A stretch of 64,000 nucleotides of DNA, taken from assembly GCA_030658975.1 (NCBI GenBank), contig JAUSBL010000052.1:42954-106953 (forward strand), read 5' to 3'. Positions 55,709-64,000 of the stretch are shown here, piece after piece (position 1 is the first letter of the stretch; every line of letters begins with the position of its first letter). The notes under the pieces were generated by a model. The model worked only from the letters and a program-made list of their open reading frames with translations, did not search any database and was not told where the DNA came from. The position numbers and the translations under genes are program-made. The stretch comes from Candidatus Latescibacterota bacterium. Lineage in GTDB: Bacteria; Krumholzibacteriota; Krumholzibacteriia; LZORAL124-64-63.

Positions 55709-56638
55709 ATGGCGTCCCGCCGCAGAACCTGGTTCCTCATCCGGCTGGCGATCTACATCGCGGTCGTCGCGACGCTCGCCCTGGTGCGGGACGGCGTGGG
55801 CTGGCGGCGCATCGCCGGTGCGCTGAGCACCGACCACGGCCATCCCGCGCTCGTCATCGCGGGCCGCGATCTCGCGCCGGATCTCGTGGACGCCCTGGTT
55901 TCAAAGTACCGGCTGGACTATCCTGACCTGGAGGTGACGGTCCGCGGCGGCGGCACCAACCAGGCGCTCCAGGACCTGATCAACGGCCGCGCCGACGTGG
56001 CCCTGCTCTACCGGATGCCGGGCGACGACGAGCGGCGGCTGTTCCGGGCCGCCGACGGCGATACGGCCATCGTGGTGCCGGTGGCCCTGGGCGGGATCGC
56101 ATTGCTGGCGCCCCTGACCGGCGACACGGCCGCGCTCGCGCTGCCGGAACTGGACGCCTTCCTGGCGGGAAGACCGTCGACGCTGCGGCCGCCTCTGTAC
56201 GCCACCGACCCCAACGACGGCCTCTGGCAGGCCTTCCGCGGCGATCCACAACCCGCGGCGACGGCGCGCGTCGTCCTGCTCGCCGACGCGGGCGCCGTCC
56301 TGGCCGCCGCGCGCGACGGGGGCGGCTCCTTGGGTCTGGCTTCGACGCTGACCCTGCCGGCCGAACTGGCCGCGGCCGGCGTCCGCACGGTGTCCGTGGC
56401 CGCGCACGCGGATTCCGCGCACGCGGCGCCGACCCTCGAGAATCTCGCCGCGGGCCGCTACCCCCTGCGGCACCGGCTGTACGCGGCCTGCCGGGCGACG
56501 GGCGGCATCGAGGCTGCGAAGTTCCTGACCCACCTCGCCGGGGGCCGGGGGCAGCGCCAGGTCGAAAGGGCGGGATACCTGCCCGACAGTCGCGTGTTGA
56601 GGGACATCATCCTGACCCGGCATCCGGTCGGCGATTGA
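55709..56638 (+). CDS. PstS-like (PBP2) substrate-binding protein
   Basis: N-terminal TM; YPDLEVTVRGGGTNQALQDLINGRADVAL, VALGGIAL, APTLENLAAGRYPLRHRLY. ATG 55709 with GAGG. Confidence 0.75.
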   Translation: MASRRRTWFLIRLAIYIAVVATLALVRDGVGWRRIAGALSTDHGHPALVIAGRDLAPDLVDALVSKYRLDYPDLEVTVRGGGTNQALQDLINGRADVALLYRMPGDDERRLFRAADGDTAIVVPVALGGIALLAPLTGDTAALALPELDAFLAGRPSTLRPPLYATDPNDGLWQAFRGDPQPAATARVVLLADAGAVLAAARDGGGSLGLASTLTLPAELAAAGVRTVSVAAHADSAHAAPTLENLAAGRYPLRHRLYAACRATGGIEAAKFLTHLAGGRGQRQVERAGYLPDSRVLRDIILTRHPVGD

Positions 56639-56661
56639 CCCCCGCGCCCAAGGAGAATGTC

Positions 56662-58494
56662 GTGCCCCGTTCCCGACGCCTCCACCGACTGCTGCCGGCC
56701 GCGGCCCTGCTGCTGACCGTCGCGTGGGCGGGCCTCGCCGCCGCCGAACGCTCCCCCTACACGCTGGACACCGACCCCCTGCGCAAGGGCCTCAAGTCGC
56801 TCGAGGCCGGCCGGCTCCAGGAAGCCCGCGCCCACTTCGAGGAAGCCGTCGCCCACAACCACCAGGTGCCGCGCGCCCAGTTCGGCCTGGGCCGGATCGC
56901 CGACCTGGAGGGACACTACGAAGAGGCGGAGCGGGCTTACCGCCGGTCGCTGCAGTCCGGCGGCGACGACCAGGCCGCCGTCCGCGCGCGCCTGGGCCTG
57001 GTCCTGCTGCGCTCGGGCCGCGACCGCGAGGCCGCCGCGGAGTTCGACGCCGCGCTCGCCGCCGAACCCAAGCTCTGGGAAGCCCACTACGGCCGGGCCC
57101 GCCTGCTGCTGGCGCAGCAGCTCTGGGACGCGGCGCAGGACGAACTGGCGCGCGGCAAGGGCCGCAAGGGCGTGGCCGAGGGCGAAGACCTGTACCACCA
57201 CGGCCTCGCGCTGCTCCAGTTGGGCCGGGACGATCTGCCCGCGGCCGAACTTTCGGCGCTGCGCGCGCTGCACCTGAACCCCGCGGACCCGGAGTACGGC
57301 TCCCTGGTCGGCGACATCTACGAGCGGCGCGGCTCCCCCGCCCTGGCCATCGCCGCCTTCGAACAGGCGCTGGCTTCGCCGGGCATGACGCCGACGGCGC
57401 CGATGCTGCGCGGCCTCGGCGGCCTCTACCGCAAGGTCGGGCGCTACGACGAGGCCCGCGACAGCTACCTGCGCGCGGTGGCGGCCGACTCGACGTACAC
57501 GCCCGCGCTGCGCGACCTCGCCGACCTGCTGCTGGCGGCCAAGCGCTACGACCAGGCCGCCCGCACCTACCTGCGCTGCGCCATGCTCGACACCAGCGAT
57601 GTCGGAGCGCACCTGGGCGTGGCCATAAGCTGCCTGGAGCTGCGCAACTTCGGCCAGGCCGCGGCGAGCGCCGCCACCGCCCGCGCGCTCGCGCCTGAAC
57701 GCGAGGACGCCCGGTTCTACTACGCGCGCGCCGCCATCCACGGCGACGACGCCGCACGCGCCGCCGCCGCGGAGCTGATGACGGCGATGGCGGTCCCGCC
57801 CGCCGGCCTCGCCTGGTCGGTCGACGACTACGTGGCGCTGGCGGACTGGCAGTCGGGGCAGAAGCGGTACGACGAGGCTGCGGCGACCCTGGCGCGCGCC
57901 GCCGCCCTGGACCCGTCGGACGCGAACGTGCCCTTCCAGACCGGCATCGTGGCCCTGCGCCGCGGCGACGCCGCTGCGGCCGCCGCCGACTTCCGCGCGG
58001 CGATCGCCCTGAATCCCGACACGCCGGCCTTCCACCTGAACCTCGGCATCGCCCTGTACCAGTCGTCGCTCTTCGACGAGGCGATCCCGTCGTTCCGCCG
58101 CGCGCTCGAACTGAAGGAGGACCTGACAGCCGGCCGCCTGCTGTTGGCCCAGGTCCTCGCCGCGCGCGGCGACATCGCCGGCGCCGAGGTCGAGTACCGC
58201 CGCGTCCTGCAGGCCGAGCCCGAGAACGCCAAGGCGCAGCGCGGTCTCGGCTACTGCCTGCTGCGCGGCGCCGACTACGCGGGCGCCGCCGCGGCCTACC
58301 GCGCCGCGACGACGCTGGATCCCGACAACGCCGACGGCTGGGCCGGGCTCGGCAGCGCCGAGCTGGGCCGCGAACGCCTCGACGCCGCCGACGCCGCCTT
58401 CGGCCGCGCGCGGCGCCTCGATCCCGACAACGCCATGCTCAAGAAGGGGGCCGCGATCCTGGAACAGGCCCGCAACCAGGCCTCGGGAAGATGA
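56662..58494 (+). CDS. Secreted tetratricopeptide-repeat protein
   Basis: Signal peptide and many TPR-like units (e.g. FRAAIALNPDTPAFHLNLGIALY). GTG 56662 with AAGGAG. Confidence 0.88.
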   Translation: MPRSRRLHRLLPAAALLLTVAWAGLAAAERSPYTLDTDPLRKGLKSLEAGRLQEARAHFEEAVAHNHQVPRAQFGLGRIADLEGHYEEAERAYRRSLQSGGDDQAAVRARLGLVLLRSGRDREAAAEFDAALAAEPKLWEAHYGRARLLLAQQLWDAAQDELARGKGRKGVAEGEDLYHHGLALLQLGRDDLPAAELSALRALHLNPADPEYGSLVGDIYERRGSPALAIAAFEQALASPGMTPTAPMLRGLGGLYRKVGRYDEARDSYLRAVAADSTYTPALRDLADLLLAAKRYDQAARTYLRCAMLDTSDVGAHLGVAISCLELRNFGQAAASAATARALAPEREDARFYYARAAIHGDDAARAAAAELMTAMAVPPAGLAWSVDDYVALADWQSGQKRYDEAAATLARAAALDPSDANVPFQTGIVALRRGDAAAAAADFRAAIALNPDTPAFHLNLGIALYQSSLFDEAIPSFRRALELKEDLTAGRLLLAQVLAARGDIAGAEVEYRRVLQAEPENAKAQRGLGYCLLRGADYAGAAAAYRAATTLDPDNADGWAGLGSAELGRERLDAADAAFGRARRLDPDNAMLKKGAAILEQARNQASGR

Positions 58495-58549
58495 CCGCCC
58501 CGCGCGGTCGCCCCCGCCGCCGTCCAACCCGGAAAGGAAGTTCCTCGCG

Positions 58550-59266
58550 ATGAAGAATTACGTCCTGGCCATCGTCTTCGCGCTCTCGCTGCTCGTGTCC
58601 TGGCTCATCTGGTCCAACACGCCCCCCTACATCAAGCAGGGCGGGCCGCTGCTGGTCCTGGGCCTGACCTTCTTCTTCCTGGCCCTGACCTTCGCCGTCG
58701 AGCGCTTCATCGTGCTGGGCCGGGCCGGCGGCCGGGGCAACGTGACGTCGTTCGTGCGCGCGCTGAAGGAATCGACCCAGGCGGGCAGGCTCGACGACGC
58801 CGTCGTCGCCTGCCGGCAGCAGGGCGGCTCCCTGGCCAACGTCATCGGCGCCGGCCTGGAGAGCTACCGCGACCGCAAGCCCCGGGCCGCCTCGAAGAAG
58901 GAGCTCATCGACGAGACGCGGCGCGCCCTGGCCGAGGCCAGCGCGCTGGAGACCCCGAACCTCGAGCAGAACCTGACGGCCCTGTCGACCATCGCTTCGA
59001 TCGCCACGCTGCTGGGCCTGCTCGGCACCACCGTCGGCATGATCCGCTCGTTCCAGGCCATGTCCCACGCCGGCGCGCCCGACGCCACGCAGCTGGCCCT
59101 GGGCATCTCCGAGGCCCTGGTCAACACGGCGCTGGGCCTGGTCACGGCCATCCTGGCGACGGTGCTCTACAACTACTTCACGACGAAGGTCGACAATTTC
59201 AACACGATGGTCGAGGAGACGTCCTACGAGGTGCTCCAGCTGCTGGAACACGCGAAGGAGTCCTGA
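58550..59266 (+). CDS. exbB: MotA/TolQ/ExbB proton channel
   Basis: LSTIASIATLLGLLGTTVGMIRSF and GISEALVNTALGL. Confidence 0.92.
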   Translation: MKNYVLAIVFALSLLVSWLIWSNTPPYIKQGGPLLVLGLTFFFLALTFAVERFIVLGRAGGRGNVTSFVRALKESTQAGRLDDAVVACRQQGGSLANVIGAGLESYRDRKPRAASKKELIDETRRALAEASALETPNLEQNLTALSTIASIATLLGLLGTTVGMIRSFQAMSHAGAPDATQLALGISEALVNTALGLVTAILATVLYNYFTTKVDNFNTMVEETSYEVLQLLEHAKES

Positions 59267-59269
59267 GCC

Positions 59270-59704
59270 ATGGCCCGCCGCACGCGTGTCCGCATCGACA
59301 TGACGCCCATGGTGGACGTGGCGTTCCTGCTGCTGATCTTCTTCATGTCCACCACCCAGTTCAAGCCGCCGGAGCAGGTGGCCGTCCAGCTGCCCTACTC
59401 CTCCTCCGAGATCTTTATCCCGGAGACCAACACGATCATCCTGACCGTCAACCGCGAGGGCCGGATCTACATCTCGAGCGAGCGCGGCGTCGACGCCCAG
59501 GAACTGATGCCGACGGAGGCCCTGAAGGCCATCGTCGAATGGCGCAGCCGCAACCCGTCGGCCGTGGTCGTGCTCAAGGGCGACAAGGACGCGTCCTTCG
59601 GCGCCGTGGCCGACCTGATGGACTCCCTGGCGGCGGCCAAGACGCTGCGCTTCAACCTGATGACCGACCTCAAGAAGCGGACGCCGGCCGTGCCGGCGTC
59701 CTAG
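59270..59704 (+). CDS. exbD: ExbD/TolR
   Basis: IDMTPMVDVAFLLLIFFM; LKGDKDASFG. Confidence 0.92.
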   Translation: MARRTRVRIDMTPMVDVAFLLLIFFMSTTQFKPPEQVAVQLPYSSSEIFIPETNTIILTVNREGRIYISSERGVDAQELMPTEALKAIVEWRSRNPSAVVVLKGDKDASFGAVADLMDSLAAAKTLRFNLMTDLKKRTPAVPAS

Positions 59705-59714
59705 AGGAGCACCG

Positions 59715-60218
59715 ATGGCAGAAGTCGCCGTCGCCGAGAGCGGCAAGAAGAAGCCACAGGACAGCAGTTCCGTGTTCCGGCCCAGGAAGCGGCGGGCGGG
59801 CATCCGCATCGACATGACGCCGATGGTGGACGTGGCCTTCCTGCTGCTGATCTTCTTCATGGTCACCACGGTGTTCCGCCGCCCGCTGGCCATGGAGGTG
59901 AACATGCCCGAGCCGGGCGCCAAGGTCGAGGTGCCCGAGTCCAACGTGATGACCGTCTTCGTCGACAAGGACGAGGCGCTGTACTTCAAGATGGGGACCG
60001 GCGCCCTGACGAAGGCGACCTGGGAGGAGTTGGCCGCGGACTTCCGCAGCTTCGGCGCCGCGAACCCCGAGCTGATCGTCCTGGTCAAGATCCACCGCGA
60101 AGCCCGCTACGAGCCCATGGTGGACATGATGGACACCCTCGAGGACGCCAACATGCAGCGCTTCAGCCTCGTGCCGATGCAGGAGGGCGAGGACGCCGTG
60201 CTGGAGGGAGTGCGATGA
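59715..60218 (+). CDS. exbD: ExbD/TolR, second copy
   Basis: IDMTPMVDVAFLLLIFFMV; ARYEPMVDMMD. Confidence 0.92.
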   Translation: MAEVAVAESGKKKPQDSSSVFRPRKRRAGIRIDMTPMVDVAFLLLIFFMVTTVFRRPLAMEVNMPEPGAKVEVPESNVMTVFVDKDEALYFKMGTGALTKATWEELAADFRSFGAANPELIVLVKIHREARYEPMVDMMDTLEDANMQRFSLVPMQEGEDAVLEGVR

Positions 60219-61018
60219 GCCGCAAGGAAACTGCACCGGGCGCCGCGTCCCACATCCCGACCGCCCACATACCTTGGGCCTTCAGCCTCGACGACGCGCC
60301 GCACCTGCCGCTGACCGGCGAAGACCACCCCCTGCGCCGCGAGCTGGGCCGCTGGCTGAGCTGGGCCAACGGCATCACGCTGCTGCTGGGCGCGCTGGTG
60401 TTCGCGGGCTGGTGGCTGTGGAGCCACCGCCAGGTCCCCGAGCCGCCGCCGCGGGAGATCCGCATCGTGCGCTACACGGACCTCGGCGTGCCGCCGTCGA
60501 TCTCGCGCCCGACCGCCCCGCAGATCAGCATCGCGCGGGCCGTAGCCGACCTCGCCGCGCCGCCGTCGATCGGCGTGCCCGAGCCGGTCGCCGACGAGCT
60601 GGCCACCTCGCAGACCATCGCCACGGTGACCGAGATGGCCGAAGCGCTGGCGCCGATCACCATGGAGGGCCTCGGGGGCGGCGAGGGCGAGGGCGGCCTG
60701 GTCGTGGACGTGGACATCGACGTCTCGCCGTCGCCGGACGACTTCATCGCCGTCGACGAGGAACCCGTGCGCATCTCCATCGACCCGCTGAACTACCCGC
60801 CCATGGCCCGCTCGGCCGAGGTGGAGGGCACGGTCCTGGTGCGCGTGCTGGTGGGCAAGAACGGCAAGGTCAAGGACGTCATCGTGATCGAGGGCGAGCA
60901 GATGCTGCGCGACGCGGCGATCGCGTGCGCGCGGACTTCCGTGTGGAAGCCGGCGCTGGTGGATCACAAGCCCATCGAAGTCTGGGTGCTGATGCCCCTC
61001 ACTTTCAAGCTGCGGTAA
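60215..61018 (+). CDS. tonB: Energy transducer TonB
   Basis: Single TM, Pro-rich linker, TonB_C YPPMARSAEVEGTVLVRVLVGKNGKV...WKPA...PLTFKL. Confidence 0.92.
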   Translation: MSRKETAPGAASHIPTAHIPWAFSLDDAPHLPLTGEDHPLRRELGRWLSWANGITLLLGALVFAGWWLWSHRQVPEPPPREIRIVRYTDLGVPPSISRPTAPQISIARAVADLAAPPSIGVPEPVADELATSQTIATVTEMAEALAPITMEGLGGGEGEGGLVVDVDIDVSPSPDDFIAVDEEPVRISIDPLNYPPMARSAEVEGTVLVRVLVGKNGKVKDVIVIEGEQMLRDAAIACARTSVWKPALVDHKPIEVWVLMPLTFKLR

Positions 61019-61020
61019 CG

Positions 61021-61117
61021 GGTGAGCCCATCCCCTTGGCGGGGGACGCGCTCCGGTCACCTCCTGTGACCGGAGCGCTCGACTTTCGGGCTCCCCCGCC
61101 AAGCGGATAGGCTCACC
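61021..61117 (+). repeat. Branched palindromic (REP/MITE-like) element, copy A
   Basis: Outer stems GGTGAGCCcATCC/GGATaGGCTCACC and TTGGCGGGGGA/TCCCCCGCCAA enclose the hairpin GCGCTCCGGTCAC-ctcct-GTGACCGGAGCGC. Begins 2 bp after the tonB stop. Confidence 0.75.
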
Positions 61118-61194
61118 AGGTGCAACAGCGGGTGGGTTGGGACGTAGTGCTGCTCACGAGACTGGGGAGCGGTTCCATCAACGGGGGGTTGGAA

Positions 61195-61479
61195 GTGTTC
61201 AAGGTGTTCAGCGACATCAAGTACCTGTTCACGGCGCCGTTGATCCTGGGCATGCTGTTCGTCATCAACCTGGCGACTTCGCCGGGCGACTGGTGGGTCC
61301 AGTGGGCGGCGCTGGGGATGGGCATCGCGTGGGTGGTCTGCCTGCTGCGGGTGATCCGCGCGGCCATCGTCGTCGGTGGGCTGGCGGCGCTGGGGGCCTG
61401 GCTGTGGAAGCGTGAGTCGGCGGGACGCAGCACCGGCACGACGCCTCCCCGGAGTACGGATTCCGTCGAGCAGGCCTGA
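61195..61479 (+). CDS. Small 2TM-domain-like membrane protein
   Basis: LFVINLATSPGDWWVQWAALGMGIAW resembles the 2TM domain; host-like codons. Start GTG 61195 or TTG 61189. Confidence 0.65.
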   Translation: MFKVFSDIKYLFTAPLILGMLFVINLATSPGDWWVQWAALGMGIAWVVCLLRVIRAAIVVGGLAALGAWLWKRESAGRSTGTTPPRSTDSVEQA

Positions 61480-61518
61480 GGATTCCCGGATCGTTCTGAA
61501 ACCATCGTCGTGGGACGG

Positions 61519-61550
61519 AGCCGGCGGGGCAGCGAACCTCGCCGGCTTTT
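61519..61550 (+). terminator. Intrinsic terminator
   Basis: AGCCGGCGGGG-cagcgaa-CCTCGCCGGCT followed by TTT, 40 bp after the 61479 stop. Confidence 0.6.
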
Positions 61551-61683
61551 ATCCGCACATCCTGTGGTGACAGGGGTGTCCTGGAGGCCTTGGAGCCAGG
61601 ATGGCGGAAAGGCCGGAAGGCCAAGCGCTCCGGGCACACGAGGTGCCCGGAGCGCGTCCCCTGTCACCACAGGATGTGCGGAT
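61551..61683 (-). repeat. Branched palindromic (REP/MITE-like) element, copy B
   Basis: Perfect 26-bp inverted repeat (61551-61576 / 61658-61683) encloses GCGCTCCGGGCAC-acgag-GTGCCCGGAGCGC and smaller hairpins. Abuts the stop of the DinB-family gene. Confidence 0.8.
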
Positions 61684-62214
61684 CTACATGCCCCAGAGGT
61701 GCATGGTGTTGACGTCCCGCCCCATCAGCTTCAGGTAGTAGAAGAGCTGGCTCTTGTGGACCGCCAGGTGCTCGGTCATGCACAGGAACTGGTGGCCCAG
61801 CGAACGCTCGGTCGGATCCCAGGGTGCGGCCACCATCTGGTTGGCCAGCTTCTGCTCGCCGGCCTGGGCGATCATGTCCAAGGCGACCTTCTTGTCGGCG
61901 GCCAGCAGGGCGCGGGCCTCCTTCACGCTGCCGACCGACGGCAGGGCTTCGGCCGGGGGCAGCATCGCGTCGGGGGGCGGCCCGTCCTTCGCGTTCTCGT
62001 CGCACGGGGGTGCGCCCCAGTCGCCGGTGGCGAAGCCGCGGCAGCAGAAGCCGCAGGCGCTGGTCAGGTGCATCAGCAGCTGGCCGGTGGTCATCCAGTT
62101 GCTGCCGGTGTCGGGCTTCCAGGCGAGATCCTTGTCCTGCACCAGAGCCATCAGGCCGTCGGTGGCCTTGTAGGTGTCTTCGACGGTGCACTTCAGCAGT
62201 TCGGTCCAGTTCAT
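61684..62214 (-). CDS. DinB/YfiT-like family protein
   Basis: LAWKP...MTTGQLLMHL and TEHLAVHKSQLFYYLKLMG (His triad). ATG 62214 with AAGGAG. Confidence 0.85.
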   Translation of the reverse strand: MNWTELLKCTVEDTYKATDGLMALVQDKDLAWKPDTGSNWMTTGQLLMHLTSACGFCCRGFATGDWGAPPCDENAKDGPPPDAMLPPAEALPSVGSVKEARALLAADKKVALDMIAQAGEQKLANQMVAAPWDPTERSLGHQFLCMTEHLAVHKSQLFYYLKLMGRDVNTMHLWGM

Positions 62215-62422
62215 GGGGCGCTCCTTGAGGGTGGTTGGTGGCCGGGGCTCACGGAAATCATCCGGACATGATCGTCGAAAATCGGTCTTGCGCATACCGG
62301 TCAGCAAAGAGGAATCGCCGACCGGGCCTCCGCGCCTGGTTCCGGGCCGGACGCCAACCCGATCCACGGCAGCGGTTTGGATCTTTGCCCCGACCGGGGC
62401 GCGCCGCCGGGACGGAGGCCTG

Positions 62423-62451
62423 TTGAAATGATTTGATGTTTTCATTATAGT
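62423..62451 (+). promoter_or_regulatory. Sigma70-type promoter
   Basis: TTGAAA-N17-TATAGT, about 80 bp upstream of ATG 62534. Confidence 0.6.
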
Positions 62452-62533
62452 GTTGGCCGTCACGGACGCACCATCTCATCAAGGAGTCGCGCATCCGCTC
62501 TGGGTTTTGGCCGCCAACAGGAGGTGCCATCCC

Positions 62534-64000
62534 ATGAAACCACCGCCGAGAATCGTCCTGGTCCTCGTCCCTCTCACGCTGGTCCTCGCCGCCGCCGCCG
62601 CACCACTCCTCGCCAACGACGAACTCCTTCCCCGGACACCGGCCGCCGCGCCCGCGCCGCCCGCGCCCGACGACGGCCGCGCGATCGCCTGGCTCACGTG
62701 TCCGGACTGGCGGATGCAGGTCGACGACTACGGCTACTCCGACTACCTCGAATCCTACCGGCCCCGCTGGCCCGTCGCCTGGCCGTGGTCCTGGTCGTGG
62801 GGCTCGGACTTCTGGCTCTCGGGCGAGTGGGCGGCCGCGATCTCCTACGACCAGATCCCGTCGCCGGCGATCGCCCAGGGCCCCAACGCGGGCCTGCCGC
62901 AGACGATGTGGCTGGAGCCGAACTTCGTCGCGCCCGCCTGGAACACCAACAGCGGCTTCTGGGTGCTGGGGCCGGTCCAGAGCTGGAACCGCGGCCACCT
63001 CCCGCCGCCCTACCTCGACACGTCCGCCAGCACGATCACCAACGGCCAGGTCGTGATCAACATCAACTCGATCATCGTGGACAACCCGGCCGGCATGTCC
63101 CTGGGCCGCTGCTCGAGCTGGCCCTACCCGTGGAACTCCTATGTCGAGAGCGACCGCTACATCCTGCACGTGACGTACACGATCCGGAACGTCAGCGGGC
63201 AGGTCCTGACCAACGTGGAGTTCGCGCAGTTCCTGCACGGCCATCCCGGCGACCACAACGAGAACGCGATGATGGGCGACTGGGAGGTCTACGACCCATT
63301 CCGCAAGTGGCGCCCCATGGACGCCTACGACAACTTCCACTACGACATCACGCAGTGGGGCTCGCAGTACCTCAACACGTGGCCCTGGTACCAGCCCTAC
63401 TGGGGCAACTGGTCCACGCACTTCATCGGCTTCGCCGCCTCGGTGCCGCCGACCTCGCAGCGCTCGCCGTCTCCGTGGGGGCTCGGCGTCTACAACGGTC
63501 ACAACCCCGGCAAGCCGCCGCGCCCTGGCGTGCACTGGGACGTCGAGGAGCACAACCTCAACCCCGTCGGCCCGCCCTGCACGCTCTACCCGCCCGGCTA
63601 CCCGGTCTTCGGCCAGCAGGTGGCGGGCGCCGAGAACTGGTACCTCGACCCCGCGTTCGAGCCCAACGAGGTGCTGGTCCACGAGGTCGTGCTGGGCATG
63701 GCGATCAGGGCCCACCACGGCTGGCACTGGGCCAACGACTGGTGGTACTGGCACAACTACGACTGGCCGACGCCGATCCCGCAGTTCTCGTACGTGCTGC
63801 ACCCCAACGGCTGGCCGTACTACTACTACCGCGTCGCCTACCCGTACTGGTGGAACTGCTACTACTACCCGCGCCCGGCGGCGCCCATCTGGTTCGGCTT
63901 CGCCTGGCCGATCGGCGCCAAGGAGGAGGGCGCCAAGGTCGCCCGGGTCGTGGCGAAATCCCGCGACTCGGCCGGCCTCGAGGTCCGGCAGGAGTTCCTC
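62534..64000 (+). CDS. Secreted Trp/Tyr/Pro-rich hypothetical protein (runs off the window; absent from the ORF track)
   Basis: GGAGG RBS, signal peptide MKPPPRIVLVLVPLTLVLAAAAAPLLA, open frame to the end of the window with strong GC3 bias. Confidence 0.8.
   Translation, partial: MKPPPRIVLVLVPLTLVLAAAAAPLLANDELLPRTPAAAPAPPAPDDGRAIAWLTCPDWRMQVDDYGYSDYLESYRPRWPVAWPWSWSWGSDFWLSGEWAAAISYDQIPSPAIAQGPNAGLPQTMWLEPNFVAPAWNTNSGFWVLGPVQSWNRGHLPPPYLDTSASTITNGQVVININSIIVDNPAGMSLGRCSSWPYPWNSYVESDRYILHVTYTIRNVSGQVLTNVEFAQFLHGHPGDHNENAMMGDWEVYDPFRKWRPMDAYDNFHYDITQWGSQYLNTWPWYQPYWGNWSTHFIGFAASVPPTSQRSPSPWGLGVYNGHNPGKPPRPGVHWDVEEHNLNPVGPPCTLYPPGYPVFGQQVAGAENWYLDPAFEPNEVLVHEVVLGMAIRAHHGWHWANDWWYWHNYDWPTPIPQFSYVLHPNGWPYYYYRVAYPYWWNCYYYPRPAAPIWFGFAWPIGAKEEGAKVARVVAKSRDSAGLEVRQEFL

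Noticed and set aside
59290..59860. Near-identical DNA repeat between the two exbD genes (ATCGACATGACGCCxATGGTGGACGTGGCxTTCCTGCTGCTGATCTTCTTCATG)
   Set aside because: Explained by the conserved ExbD transmembrane motif in paralogs plus codon bias.
61021..61683. Integron attC sites or CRISPR repeats
   Set aside because: No RYYYAAC/GTTRRRY ends, only two inverted copies, no spacer periodicity, and no integrase or cas gene in the window.
1..64000. rRNA, tRNA, transposase, integrase or prophage genes
   Set aside because: None recognised. The intergenic gaps are short and showed no cloverleaf or rRNA-like sequence by eye.

Overview
High-GC bacterial DNA. The T9SS/PorV-type genes, FlgD-like C-terminal domains and a 'TWGxxKxLYR' C-terminus suggest an FCB-group lineage such as Krumholzibacteriota/Eisenbacteria/Latescibacterota (inference). 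The window has five blocks. (1) 1-24165: a composite Wzx/Wzy surface-polysaccharide region with 7 GT4 glycosyltransferases, 2 flippases, 3 polymerase/ligase-like proteins, Wzz, an SLBB/Wza exporter, an AsnB-type amidotransferase and WbpL/WbpK/WbpM-like genes; its left ~8.5 kb is visibly lower in GC. (2) 24272-27406: an M15/YcbK peptidase, an octaheme cytochrome c and a two-cysteine DsrC. (3) 27542-55616: a ~28 kb LacI-controlled locus that most likely uses beta-1,2-glucan. It has two GH144-like glucanases, a stand-alone Cgs-type GH94 phosphorylase, GH1, an esterase, an ABC transporter and an uncharacterised CBM/six-hairpin lipoprotein. Its outer-membrane module is a TonB receptor, a large T9SS-CTD protein and a dedicated PorV, with no SusD. 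A SatD + DUF3307-like membrane-protein cassette with AT-rich flanks interrupts the locus. (4) 55709-61018: a PstS-like/TPR/ExbB/ExbD/ExbD/TonB operon. (5) 61021-64000: two related branched palindromic elements with compensatory base changes, a 2TM protein, a DinB protein and a Trp/Tyr-rich secreted protein running off the end. No rRNA, tRNA, CRISPR array or transposase was seen. All family calls come from motif recognition by eye, not database searches.
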